Assembly: GCA_963813075.1 (NCBI GenBank)
Contig: CAWEXU010000004.1
Span: forward strand, 128,001-192,000
Origin: Methanotrichaceae archaeon
GTDB taxonomy: Archaea > Halobacteriota > Methanosarcinia > Methanotrichales > Methanotrichaceae
DNA: 64,000 nt
Direction: 5' to 3'
The notes under the pieces are model-generated. The model was not told the origin of the DNA. It worked only from the letters and a program-made list of their open reading frames with translations, and did not search any database. The position numbers were made by a program, and so were the translations under genes. Shown piece after piece: positions 12,223 to 21,705 of the stretch (position 1 is the stretch's first letter; each line of letters starts with the position of its first letter).

Positions 12223-13934
12223 ATGAATACCATTAAGAAAGGCCAAATAGACAGCGCTAAGGTGGCTATTCGCGAAGTGTTTGCGAATATTTGGTTCGCA
12301 TGCCAGCATCTCAGCGACCCTACGTGTGGGGTAAGGATGAAATTACAGAACTTATCGATGATGTTAAGTATGCCAGTGAACATAATCCAGAAGGGCAATA
12401 TTTCCTTGGATCAATGGTTTTGCGAAAAGCTCCGATGGAGACCGATGCAGTTAGGTTCGAGGAGTATGAAATTCTCGATGGCCAGCAACGCTTAACCACA
12501 CTCTATCTATTATTAGCGAGTATCCGAGATGGGGCTAATGATGAAAAGTTAAAAGAAGCTTGTCGCAAGATGTTATACCAAGAAGAAAATACATGGGAAA
12601 ATATTCCTGGTCGTACTCGTATTATATATAAAGTTCGTGATAATGTAGATAATTTTGTTAAGCGCTTTATTGAATCTGAGTGTGGAACGCAAAGCTCTGA
12701 CCTAGAAGAGTTCGAGAAAAGCAAAATTTTATCACTTGCAAATATGGCCCAGGGTTTGCGCACTATTAGAGAGTGCTTTAGTGACTCAGAGCGCTTTAAA
12801 GATGAAGCATCGTTGGGCCGCTTTGTCAAATACTTGTTAAATAATGCATTATTTATCTATGTTGTTACCCAAAGACCTACGATAATACTTTCCGACTCTT
12901 TACTATCCTTAATGACGGGGTATTCCTTTGTCAAGCAGCGACATTCTTAAAGCCCGCAATTTGGGAGCACTGAATAATCCAAAAGAGAAATACAAATGGG
13001 CTGAATATTGGGAGGAGATAGGAGAATCTTGGTCGAGTTGAGATTGATAAGGCTTTTAGCTTTAGTACGTACCATTTATGTTAAAGACAAAGCCCGCGAG
13101 AGTTTGCTCAAGGAGTTCAATGAGCGAATATAGTTGGCCAAGCCGCCATTGCTATCACTTGGGGAAGAAACATTTAAGGCTGTAAAGGAGTACAAGACAT
13201 CCTACGATGAGGCTATTCTGCTGAATTCAACTTTTTCAGCCTCTCTAGGCCATGAATATAATAATCGCATTAGCATTATGCGGCATGGCTTGCCTTCTAC
13301 TGACTGGATTCCTCCTGTGCTAGCCTGGTATCGTAAGTTCAAGATAAATGGTTTGCTGAGACTAGTAAAGCGCCTTGATAATAAGTTTTCTGCTGATTGG
13401 ATATTGCAGCTTACGCCAACACAGCGCATTCAGAATATGAACGATGTTCTGAAAATAATCGAGCAGGCGAAAATCCCGAATGATGTGCTAAATGCACCGG
13501 TTTTTTTATATGATCGTGATCAATTGATTGCTTCGCTAGATGGTGCCATTTATGGGAGGCGCTTCGCTAAGTATACGCTACTAAGGCTAGAAAATCTGAA
13601 TTGGGATCAGCTACCATCAGATCTTAATCTACCAGATGAGTTAAGCGTAGAGCACATCATGCCTCAAAATCCGGCCGAAAAAAGCCAATGGGTGAATGAT
13701 TTCAAAGGAGAGCAGGAGCGTTGGTTACATCGCCTGGGAAATCTCATGCTATTATCTCGTCGCAAAATCACTCGCTGAGCAATCTCGTTTCAGAAAAGAA
13801 GGATCAGCTATTTCAAGGATCATGTGGACCCTTTGCCAAATTCAGTTCGTGTAATGAACCTTCAATGTTTGATCCCATCAACGCTCAGAGCAAGACATCA
13901 TGACCTTTTGGAGAGATTGCATAACTCGTATTGA
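12223..13934 (+). CDS. GmrSD-type (DUF262 plus DUF1524/HNH) modification-dependent restriction endonuclease, multiply frameshifted
   Basis: QRPYVW, YFLGS and EILDGQQRLTT (DUF262); SVEHIMPQN...LHRLGNLMLLS (DUF1524 HNH). Split over ORFs 12223, 12291..12950, 13134..13778 and a tail ending at TGA 13934. Pseudogene versus sequencing error unresolved. Confidence 0.85.
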
Positions 13935-14349
13935 TTGCCTCGCAAAAATATCGGAATAATCTTTGAATACCATTTGCCTTGTAGATTGTTCCAAGCCTAG
14001 GCTAAGTTTAGGGGCCGGAGAGGCAATCACAACATAAAGCAAGCCTCTTAGGAGCCCAATGATTCAGGCAGATCCAGTGGTGTTAGCTGAAGATCCTCGT
14101 TCCTGCGACATCGTCGAACTCCTTAATCCCCTGGCCCGCAGATTTGGCAGACCTCGCAATCTAGGACATTGATCTTTACATCATTTGCGCAGCACTATTT
14201 ACATAATCTGGCTCTGTATCGATCTTCCAAGGGCCACGAAGCTTTATGACGGCTCTGAGGCCCGGAGCATTGTTCTTTAAGAATCCATACGGTTATGGCT
14301 GACCTCGGCAGCAACTGGCAAAATGAAGCATCCGCAGTCTCAATATAGC

Positions 14350-15450
14350 GCGTGATCTCATGCAGGTAATGGCGGTGCGAATCGATTATCGCGGCCCAAT
14401 TAGCGCATAGCTGATTGGAGCAACGATTGCTTCATGCTTTCTCAGTATCCATGACTGAAACAGACCATGGGCCTCAGGACAGCGGCTCATCGTGGCAGAT
14501 GAATCGAAATGTATCGACGTCATCATCTCGACCCACATGCGAAAAATCGTGATCCAGTTGAGACTGAGGCTGCTGCACTTCTGGCAACCAACCGGAATTT
14601 TATCAATGACTAAAAAGTCGTGGCCCCAGCCCGCCTGGCGAATACTATAATAATTATAAATCCGTGGGCAATCTCGTTTAAAATATGAATATCATGCTGC
14701 CTTTTCGTTCTGCATCCGAGAAGATTCATATCATTACCACCCAGACCCTTCAACGGCTTGCCTCCAATTGTATCCAAGCCACCCCGGCGTTGAGGGGACC
14801 AGGGCATTAGCGCGGGAGGCCGCAGGCCGACTCGCGGCGTGCACAAAAAAAACAGTCTGTGTAGATCAATCCTAGCCTTGATAACAGCCCTGGATTCGAG
14901 AACTCAACTATGCAGGCAGTCGAGATCTTTCGAGCCTCATAAAGCAGTTCAAGACTTTGGCCAGGCCCACCCGGAGAATTTTCGCTTTAATATATCACAA
15001 TCCAAAACCACCGACGGCTTATTCTTACCTCTCTGATTTAAGGGGCCCCCTTTGCCTGCCACCCGAAAGGCCGACTCGCGGCGTGCACACAAAAAAACAG
15101 TCTGTATAGATCAATCCTAGCCTTGATAACAGCCCTGGATTCGAGAACTCAACTATGCAGACAGTCGAGATCTTTCGAGCCTCATAAAAGCAGTTCAAAC
15201 TTCTGGCCAGGCCCGCCTGGAGAATTTTTCCTTTAATATATCACAATCAAAAACCATCGACTGCTTATTCTGATCTCCCTGGCTTTGAGGGACCCTATTT
15301 GCCTGCGTCCCGGAAGGCCGGCTCGCGGCGACCCGTAAGAATTTGCAGCCGCTTTCCATGCAAGCACAGTCCAGGGCGCCGGCTATGCCCTTCAAGCCGG
15401 TTCGTTGGATGTCAATTTTTGTCCATAATTCTTTTACAGATCGCTTCACC
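14350..15450. repeat. Non-coding repeat block A (two tandem copies of the ~245-bp unit)
   Basis: Aligns with 19685-20450 (e.g. CAGGACAGCGGCTCAT, AGCCCGCCTGGCGAATACTATA, TATCCAAGCCACCCCGGCGTTGAGGGG). Tandem units start at motifs 14825 and 15069 and end at motif 15316. Confidence 0.95.
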
Positions 15451-15671
15451 ATCCCCACAGCCTCTTGGCCTTCCCATCAGCTCCGTTCCCCCAAGCAGCG
15501 CATCCGCCCCCTCCTGCACCATCCGCTGGCATCCTCCGGGCTATGCACTCCGCTCTCCGCCACCAGGAACATCCCGCCTCTCGTGCCCGCGTCGCCAGCC
15601 GCTCGAAGGTCTCCAGGTCTACATCCAATGTCTACAGGTTGCGATTGTTGATGCCGATGATACGGGCATCT
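15451..15671 (-). pseudogene. Displaced copy 1 of the trpC 3' end
   Basis: Aligns with trpC about 21720-21943 (CCATCAGCTCCGTTCCC...GCCGCTCGAAGGTCTC...TGCCGATGATACGGGCATCT). Encodes DLETFERLA and FLVAESGVHSP in broken frames. Confidence 0.95.
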
Positions 15672-15764
15672 AAGCCAATGACATTCGGTCCAGTCTGATT
15701 TTGCGAAAGTTACATGTAGAAAAAGCAATATAGCTCAATTCTGAGAAGTTATGGTGGATTTGCT

Positions 15765-15992
15765 TTGAGCATAATGAGAGGCGTAAGCGGCAAAGATGCC
15801 ATTAAAGTCTTCATTAAAGCGGGCGGAATTATGCGTCAGGGCAAAGGCGACCACGTCAACATCAAGATGCCTAACGGCCAAATCATAACTGTTCCTGTCT
15901 CCGGGGATCTCAAGATAGGTCTTCTTAAATCGGCAATAAGAAAAGCAGGCCTCGATGATGAGGATTTCCTCAAGCTCTTGAAGGGTGATTGA
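15765..15992 (+). CDS. hicA: HicA-family toxin (mRNA interferase)
   Basis: 75 aa; SGKDAIKVF...RQGKGDHV...ITVP...LKIGLLKSAIRKAGL. Overlaps the downstream hicB. Confidence 0.9.
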   Translation: MSIMRGVSGKDAIKVFIKAGGIMRQGKGDHVNIKMPNGQIITVPVSGDLKIGLLKSAIRKAGLDDEDFLKLLKGD

Positions 15993-16216
15993 TTATGGAT
16001 TATACGATTCTGATACATCAAGCAGAGGAAGGCGGCTTTTGGTCCGAGGTTCCAGTTCTGCCAGGCTGTTACTCTCAAGGTGAGAGCATCGATGAAACCC
16101 TGAAAAATACCAAAGAGGCGATTGAAGCCCATCTGTTGGCTTTGAGGGAGGACCAGGTTGCAGCCCCGATCGAAGAGGGCCTTTTCATAGGCAGGATCCA
16201 GGTAGAGGTAGCATAG
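15989..16216 (+). CDS. hicB: HicB-family antitoxin
   Basis: YTILIHQAEEGGFWSEVPVLPGCYSQGESIDETLKNTKEAI. Confidence 0.9.
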   Translation: MIMDYTILIHQAEEGGFWSEVPVLPGCYSQGESIDETLKNTKEAIEAHLLALREDQVAAPIEEGLFIGRIQVEVA

Positions 16217-16228
16217 AGGATATCTTGG

Positions 16229-16444
16229 ATGGCTAAATACACGATAATCATTGAGAAGGGCGAGGGTAATTACTCCGCATACTGCCCGGATCTCCCTGGC
16301 GTGGTTTCAGCAGGCATTACCGAGGAGGAGACGGCAGAACTGATGAAAGAGGCGATACAGGTGCATCTGGAAGGGCTGAAGGAGGATAGGATACCGATTC
16401 CAAAGCCAACGATCTCTGCAAGATACGTAGAGGTCGTGATATGA
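16229..16444 (+). CDS. hicB: Second HicB-family antitoxin
   Basis: YTIIIEKGEGNYSAYCPDLPGVVSAGITEEETAELMKEAI...IPIPKP. Confidence 0.9.
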   Translation: MAKYTIIIEKGEGNYSAYCPDLPGVVSAGITEEETAELMKEAIQVHLEGLKEDRIPIPKPTISARYVEVVI

Positions 16445-16545
16445 AGGGCGTCGTTGCGCCCTGTGCTTGCCAAAACAGCCAGCTCATAACCATTCCTGTC
16501 TCCGGGGACCTCAATATAGGTCTCCTCGAATCGGCAATAAGAGAC
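16441..16545 (+). pseudogene. hicA fragment
   Basis: ATGA overlap with the hicB2 stop; 16473-16542 closely resembles hicA 15873-15942 (CATAAC..TTCCTGTCTCCGGGGA.CTCAA.ATAGGTCT...ATCGGCAATAAGA). Confidence 0.8.
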
Positions 16546-16746
16546 TTTGAGGACGCTCTATAAGTCTGCAGCTTAACCGCCATCATTCTGCAGGCCGCGA
16601 CCATAAGCCGCGCCCCCAAACATAGCGCAGGAGGTCAGCAGGACAACTCGCGGCGTGCACTTAAAAAAAGCCTGCATGGATTAGTATTTCCATTGATCTC
16701 ATTCTTTCATAAGTCTTATATGTCTCCTGAGCAATCTATTATTATA

Positions 16747-17019
16747 ATGAGCGCAAGAGCAGTTGACGATGCACAACTCATCATTAAGAGATCCCTGGAA
16801 AGAGAAATAAGCCTCCTTGATATGAAGATGAGGTTATCCGAGAATGAAATTCGAGAGTTCGAAGAGCGATATGGGATGGACTCTCATAAATTCTTGTCTA
16901 AATTCGAAAGCGGAGAGATGGGCGATTCTCAAGACTTCTTTGAGTGGTGGGGTCTATTGAGGGGCAGGGATGCAATTGCACATGAGATACAAAAGGCAAA
17001 AGCGGTGCTCTCCCTTTGA
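16747..17019 (+). CDS. Putative antitoxin (TumA-like) upstream of DUF6516
   Basis: REFEERYGMDSHKFLSKFESGEMGDSQDFFEW motif; translationally coupled to the DUF6516 gene. Confidence 0.7.
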   Translation: MSARAVDDAQLIIKRSLEREISLLDMKMRLSENEIREFEERYGMDSHKFLSKFESGEMGDSQDFFEWWGLLRGRDAIAHEIQKAKAVLSL

Positions 17020-17381
17020 TCTCTGATTATTTTAGAATAGTTGAGTTCAGATTAATAGATGCAGAAATAATTGCGGATAAAAAGGTCAGTTACAGCGAAT
17101 TCAGTCCTGATCAAGGCATGCTGCGCGGAAGGTTGCTCTTTGTCGACGGATCAACTCTGGAGTTCATGGAGTATCTTCACAGAGACCAGCGGCTAAAATA
17201 TAGATTTCACTTAATAGATAAGAAAGGGCAGATGGTATTTCGATATGATAATGCCCCACATCACGAGAACTCCACCTTTCCCCATCACAAGCATATTGCC
17301 AATGATATTTTGGAATCCGAAGAGAGAGGAATTTTGGATATACTCAGGGAAATAGAACATCTGATATGTAAGAGTGTTTGA
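17016..17381 (+). CDS. DUF6516/TumE-like toxin
   Basis: FVDGSTLEF...YRFH...VFRYDNAPHH...TFPHHKH signature. Confidence 0.85.
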   Translation: MISDYFRIVEFRLIDAEIIADKKVSYSEFSPDQGMLRGRLLFVDGSTLEFMEYLHRDQRLKYRFHLIDKKGQMVFRYDNAPHHENSTFPHHKHIANDILESEERGILDILREIEHLICKSV

Positions 17382-17481
17382 GTATATGCTCCCTGCCTAA
17401 GCACATAATCATGGATTATAGGGGACATAAGGCCGTATGGATGCCAGAATGAGAATATCGACTTAGGATTAATTACACCCT

Positions 17482-18066
17482 AAACGGCTAGCCTCCAATT
17501 GTATCCAAGCCACCCCGGCGTTGAGGGGGCCTCGTTGGCCGCGGCCAGCAGGCCGACTCGCGGCGCCCCGTAAGAATGTGCAGCCGCGGTCCATGCAAGT
17601 ACAGGCCAGGCGCTATGTTTATTTTCTTCAATTCTATATAGTTTATTATACAGCTTATATATTTTTCTTTTTAGATCCCATATGGATGTTACACGCTATG
17701 AGCGAGGTGTTCCCACTCAGGCTTGCGGCCCGCCTAAATCAGAGGACTCGGGAAAAATCTATAAAAAACTCACTCCTATAGAAGGTGACTGGCCCATCCT
17801 TTGAAGATGATAGGCCGGGAAGGTTATTATATCCTTGATGAATCGATTATCCCTAGAGACGATGATTTCAAAAGTAGTTGCTGCAAAAAATTGCCCCACT
17901 GAATCGGATGATATAGCGCATGTCAATTCATTTATAGAAAGTCTTAACGATGATGATATAAAGGAATTGATCGGGGACGGCTTAAACAGGGCACCGACCA
18001 GCCCCTTCAAGCCGATTCGCTAGACATCAAATATTATGCCATAATTCTTTTACAGGTCGCTTCACG
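17482..18066. repeat. Non-coding repeat block B (no copy of the ~240-bp unit)
   Basis: 17482-17565 matches 14752-14839; 17551-17920 matches 20392-20762; 18000-18066 matches 15385-15450. Confidence 0.9.
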
Positions 18067-18166
18067 ATCCCCCAACCTCTCGGGCCTCCCATCAGCTCCG
18101 TTCCCACCAGCAGGACATCCGCCCCCCCCGCTTGCACCATCCAATAAGTATCCTGCAGGCGGTGCA
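18067..18166 (-). pseudogene. Displaced copy 2 of the trpC 3' end
   Basis: CCATCAGCTCCGTTCCCACCAGCAG..CATCCGCCCC...TGCACCATCC matches trpC about 21720-21820. Confidence 0.9.
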
Positions 18167-18224
18167 TGCAGCCAAAGCTTAATTAATGATCTCCACCATT
18201 CTTAAGAGAAGAGGATGAATTAAA

Positions 18225-18485
18225 ATGGGTGCAAGAACCCTCAAGATCCCGGAAGAGATAGTAAATGCCCTCCGAATTCCTCCTGATGATGTGGAGGGGG
18301 AGCTTTACAAAGAGCTGGCTATTGCACTCTATCAGCGAGGGATGCTATCTTCTGGATATGCCTCTACCCTCTGCGGCTTGACCCGCTTTCAGTTTGAGGA
18401 TCTTTTAGGCAGGCGAAAAGCGCTGCGCCACTATGGAGACGCTGAACTGGAAGAGGATCTTGAATATGGCCGGCGCAGTGAGTGA
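18225..18485 (+). CDS. UPF0175-family antitoxin-like protein
   Basis: ELAIALYQRGMLSSGYASTLCGLTRFQFEDLLGRRK...HYGDAELEEDL. Confidence 0.85.
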   Translation: MGARTLKIPEEIVNALRIPPDDVEGELYKELAIALYQRGMLSSGYASTLCGLTRFQFEDLLGRRKALRHYGDAELEEDLEYGRRSE

Positions 18486-18535
18486 CTTTTTGACTCAGAT
18501 ATACCCGACAATGATTGGGCTCTTTAATCCTCCTG
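18466..18535 (+). pseudogene. N-terminal stub of a PIN/DUF3368-type toxin
   Basis: Overlapping start MAGAVSDFLTQIYPTMIGLFN resembles the xVSDssxLIxLaxIGxLxLL start of the usual UPF0175 partner; similarity ends after about 23 codons. Confidence 0.5.
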
Positions 18536-18612
18536 TGAATGGAGGTCGATCCCCATGCAAATCAGATTCTTCTCCATCCTCTGCACCAAAAAATGGTGCC
18601 GTGAATCGTAAT

Positions 18613-18755
18613 CGGTTGATCTCCCCCAGCCTCTGGGGCCCCGCCATCAGCTCCGTTCCCCCACCAGCAGTGCATCCGCCCCCGCCTGCACCATCCGCCT
18701 GGCGTCCTTCGGGCTGTGCACCCCGCACTCTGCTACCAGGAATACCCCGCCTCTG
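18613..18755 (-). pseudogene. Displaced copy 3 of the trpC 3' end
   Basis: Closest match to trpC about 21712-21855; still encodes GTELMAGPQRLGEINRL (trpC: GTELMAGPERLGEINRL). Confidence 0.95.
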
Positions 18756-19074
18756 CCCTCGGCAGAGCAGTCGCCTAAGCCAGGCATGGGATTTTCCGCA
18801 GAGACAGACAATTATATACGTGTTATATTTTAGATTGATGGCCAAGTCAAAAAATAGTATGTGTTTAGCTCCTGAGAATTGGTCCATGTAAGCTGATTTA
18901 TTGGTTAACAAGCATAATGAATCGATCTATCCGAGATTCAAAAAACGACATCTATCGACTAAATTACCTGAAATCAGCTCTCAGAAATCGGCTGCGCAGG
19001 AATCTAAAAAGGGGTTTATTGATATTGATTTCAATGAGGTAAACACATACAAAAAATATAATCTGGCCCAGCAT

Positions 19075-19572
19075 TCATCCGGGGCAGCTTACATCGACTG
19101 TGACCTCGGCCTCAGATGAGCACGCATTATCCGGACCGCACAAGGAGTACACGAAGGTGCATGTGCCGCAATAATTTGGGGCGGGGGTAAAAGTGCAGAT
19201 TCCTCCCAAGACCCCTGATTTCGAGACCACGCTACCGCATGATGGCTGATGAAAGGCCAAACCATAACCCAATTCGGTCTTGACCTGGTCGTTTAAAATC
19301 AAGTCAATGTCTACGGGTGTATTCATGGTTGTGGAGGCGACGTCGTCCACTGCAACGACAACTGGTGCATTTACACATTGTCCAGGTTTAGTGCTCATAT
19401 CACAAGTATCAATAGTACATGGATTACTATCATCACATTGTGCATCATTTCCGCATTGGCCAAAGATTCCCGTATTTGCGGCGTGGCCTTGGCGTTCGCC
19501 AGTAGGTTTTACAGCCATTACCACAGATGCAAGCAAGAGAACTGCAGCTAATATTATTAACAATTTCTTCAT
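19075..19572 (-). CDS. Secreted Cys-rich protein with an Ig-like/cadherin-like domain
   Basis: Signal peptide MKKLLIILAAVLLLASVVMA; CDDSNPCTIDTCD Cys repeat; AVDDVASTTMNTPVDIDLILND...TFTPAPNYCG..TFVY Ig-like pattern. Confidence 0.75.
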   Translation of the reverse strand: MKKLLIILAAVLLLASVVMAVKPTGERQGHAANTGIFGQCGNDAQCDDSNPCTIDTCDMSTKPGQCVNAPVVVAVDDVASTTMNTPVDIDLILNDQVKTELGYGLAFHQPSCGSVVSKSGVLGGICTFTPAPNYCGTCTFVYSLCGPDNACSSEAEVTVDVSCPG

Positions 19573-19684
19573 GTTATTTCCTCTTGATTCGAAGATGTCA
19601 CTATTAGATATTAAGGATATTGGAGCAAAATAAGATCTTTTTCTCTCTTTATCTTTTTTATCCACTTCTCAAAATGGATGTGGG

Positions 19685-20762
19685 ATCTCTTACAGGCAAT
19701 GGCAGTGTAAATTGATCACCCCGGCCCGATTGGGGCATCGTTGAGTGGAGCGACAATTGCTTCATGTTTTCTTAGTATCCAGACTTAAAAAGATCATGAG
19801 CCACAGGACAGCGGCTCATTTCTGGAAGATGAAATCGAAAAGCATCGACTTTATCATTTCAAACTGCATGGGAAAATCTTGTCTCAATTGAGATTGAAGC
19901 TGCCGCATTTCTGGTAAACGACAAGAATATTTCTCATTGGCAAAAAATTATGGCTCCTAGCCCGCCTGGCGAATACTATACTAAGTATAAATTCGGTATA
20001 ATCTCGTTCTAACTCGAATCTCATGCCGCTCTTTTCATTCTACATCCGAGAATACTCATATCATTACCTCCCAGAACCTTCAACCGCCAGAGCAAGTGTA
20101 TCCAAGCCACCCCGGCGTTGAGGGGGCCCAGGACATTAGCGCGGGAGGCCAGCAGGCCGACTCGCGGCGTGCACAAAAAAAACAGTCCGTGTAGATCAAT
20201 CCTAGTCTTGATAACAGCCTGGATTGGAGAACTCAACTATGCTGACAGTCGAGATCTTTCGGGCCTGATAAAGCAGTTAAAACTTCTGGCCAGGCCCACC
20301 TGCCGAATTTTTCCTTTAATATATCACAATCCAAAACCATCAACGTCTTATTCTGATCTTGCTTGAGGCCCCCTTTGCCTACCGCTCGAAGGACCGACTC
20401 GCGGCACCCCGTAAGAAAACGCAGCAGCTGTCTATGCAAGCACAGCCGAGGCGCTATATACATTTTTTAATTCTATATAATTTATAACAAAAAAGTATAT
20501 ACCGCTTTTTCCGGATCCCGTGGGGATGTTACATGCTATGAGCGACGTGTGCCCGCTCAAGGCTTGCGGCCCACCTAAAACCGCGGACGCTGGGAATAAT
20601 CATTAAAACCTTTCTCCTTATAGAAGGTGACTGGCTCAATCTTGAAGATGATCGACTTGAAAGGCTTTTATATCATTGATGCAATCACTATTCTTAGAGA
20701 TAATGATTTTAAAAACAGTATATCTAAAAAATTTGCTTCACTGGATCGGATGATATAGCGCA
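19685..20762. repeat. Non-coding repeat block C (one copy of the ~237-bp unit)
   Basis: Left part aligns with block A and right part with block B; junction motifs at 20155 and 20392. Confidence 0.95.
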
Positions 20763-20921
20763 AGCCTATTTTCATGAGCAGCGGCTCGCCCTGGCCATAA
20801 ACCTTACAGTACATATCGATATCATCCACCTAATAGATCCAGATATCCTTAAAATTTTTCAGTATCATCACGAACAGATTCAGCACAATCTTATGAGAAA
20901 TCATTAATAAGACATATATCC

Positions 20922-21581
20922 ATGAAAATCCAATATTTGAGCATGAGAGCAATTTCTATAAATAGGATCGCCATTTTAGCGATATGCCTGGTTCTGCTGC
21001 CGGAATGCATATCCGCAAACGACCAATCATATTCATATCTGGCCGAAGGGGTGAGGCTGATGGATGCAGGATCGTATAGCGAGGCCGTGTCGCAATTTGA
21101 TCAGGCGATCTCGCTTGATCCTGGTGATCCATATGCCCACTACAACAAAGGGTATGCTCTAATGATGCGGGAAGATTATTGGAATGCGCTTTCCTCATTT
21201 AATGCCGCCCTTGAGATCAGTCCGGATATGGGCGACGCGCTGGTGAATAAGGCCGCCTGCCTGATAAGCCTGGCAGAGGCTGGTAAGGTCGAGGATAAAG
21301 TCGCCACATATGGCAAAGCAATTGAAGCCTGTAATGAGGCAATTCAGTTGGATAACAGCAACAAACGCGCCTGGTACAATAGAGGGATGGCATACTGGGG
21401 CCTGGGCGCTTCTAACCCGGATGCCCTGGACCAGGCCTGGGTGGATCTCAATTATGCATACCAGATCGATCCCTCATACTCCGTCGCCCTAAAGGCGCGT
21501 GATCAATTAAATGATTATATGCTTTCTACGGGACATCAGCCCTCGGATGATGGAGGTTTCCAGGGAGGCAAAGGAAACTGA
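20922..21581 (+). CDS. Tetratricopeptide-repeat protein with N-terminal signal/TM segment
   Basis: Repeats such as YSEAVSQFDQAISLDP, AHYNKGYAL and AWYNRGMAY; hydrophobic IAILAICLVLL. Confidence 0.85.
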   Translation: MKIQYLSMRAISINRIAILAICLVLLPECISANDQSYSYLAEGVRLMDAGSYSEAVSQFDQAISLDPGDPYAHYNKGYALMMREDYWNALSSFNAALEISPDMGDALVNKAACLISLAEAGKVEDKVATYGKAIEACNEAIQLDNSNKRAWYNRGMAYWGLGASNPDALDQAWVDLNYAYQIDPSYSVALKARDQLNDYMLSTGHQPSDDGGFQGGKGN

Positions 21582-21705
21582 GCACCGCAGAATAAAGTAC
21601 TGCAAAGAAAATGAACGGCAGCACCAGCGGTCTGGAGAGAGCAGTTCCGAAATGAAAGGAATGGCCGGGCTCATAAGAGCAAAAGTAAGGAAAAATGTCA
21701 AGGCA

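Noticed and set aside
14771..20410. CRISPR array
   Set aside because: Repeat spacing is about 240 bp or more, the intervening units are copies of each other rather than unique spacers, and there are no cas genes.
14771..20410. Canonical integron (intI/attC)
   Set aside because: No integrase in the window, and I could not find clear RYYYAAC...GTTRRRY boxes around the repeats. The resemblance is architectural only.
14610..20463. Short ORFs inside the repeat blocks (e.g. MCTPRVGL..., ...GPLNAGVAWI..., 18495..18911)
   Set aside because: They are translations of the repeat elements or trpC tails, and the reading frames are not preserved between copies.
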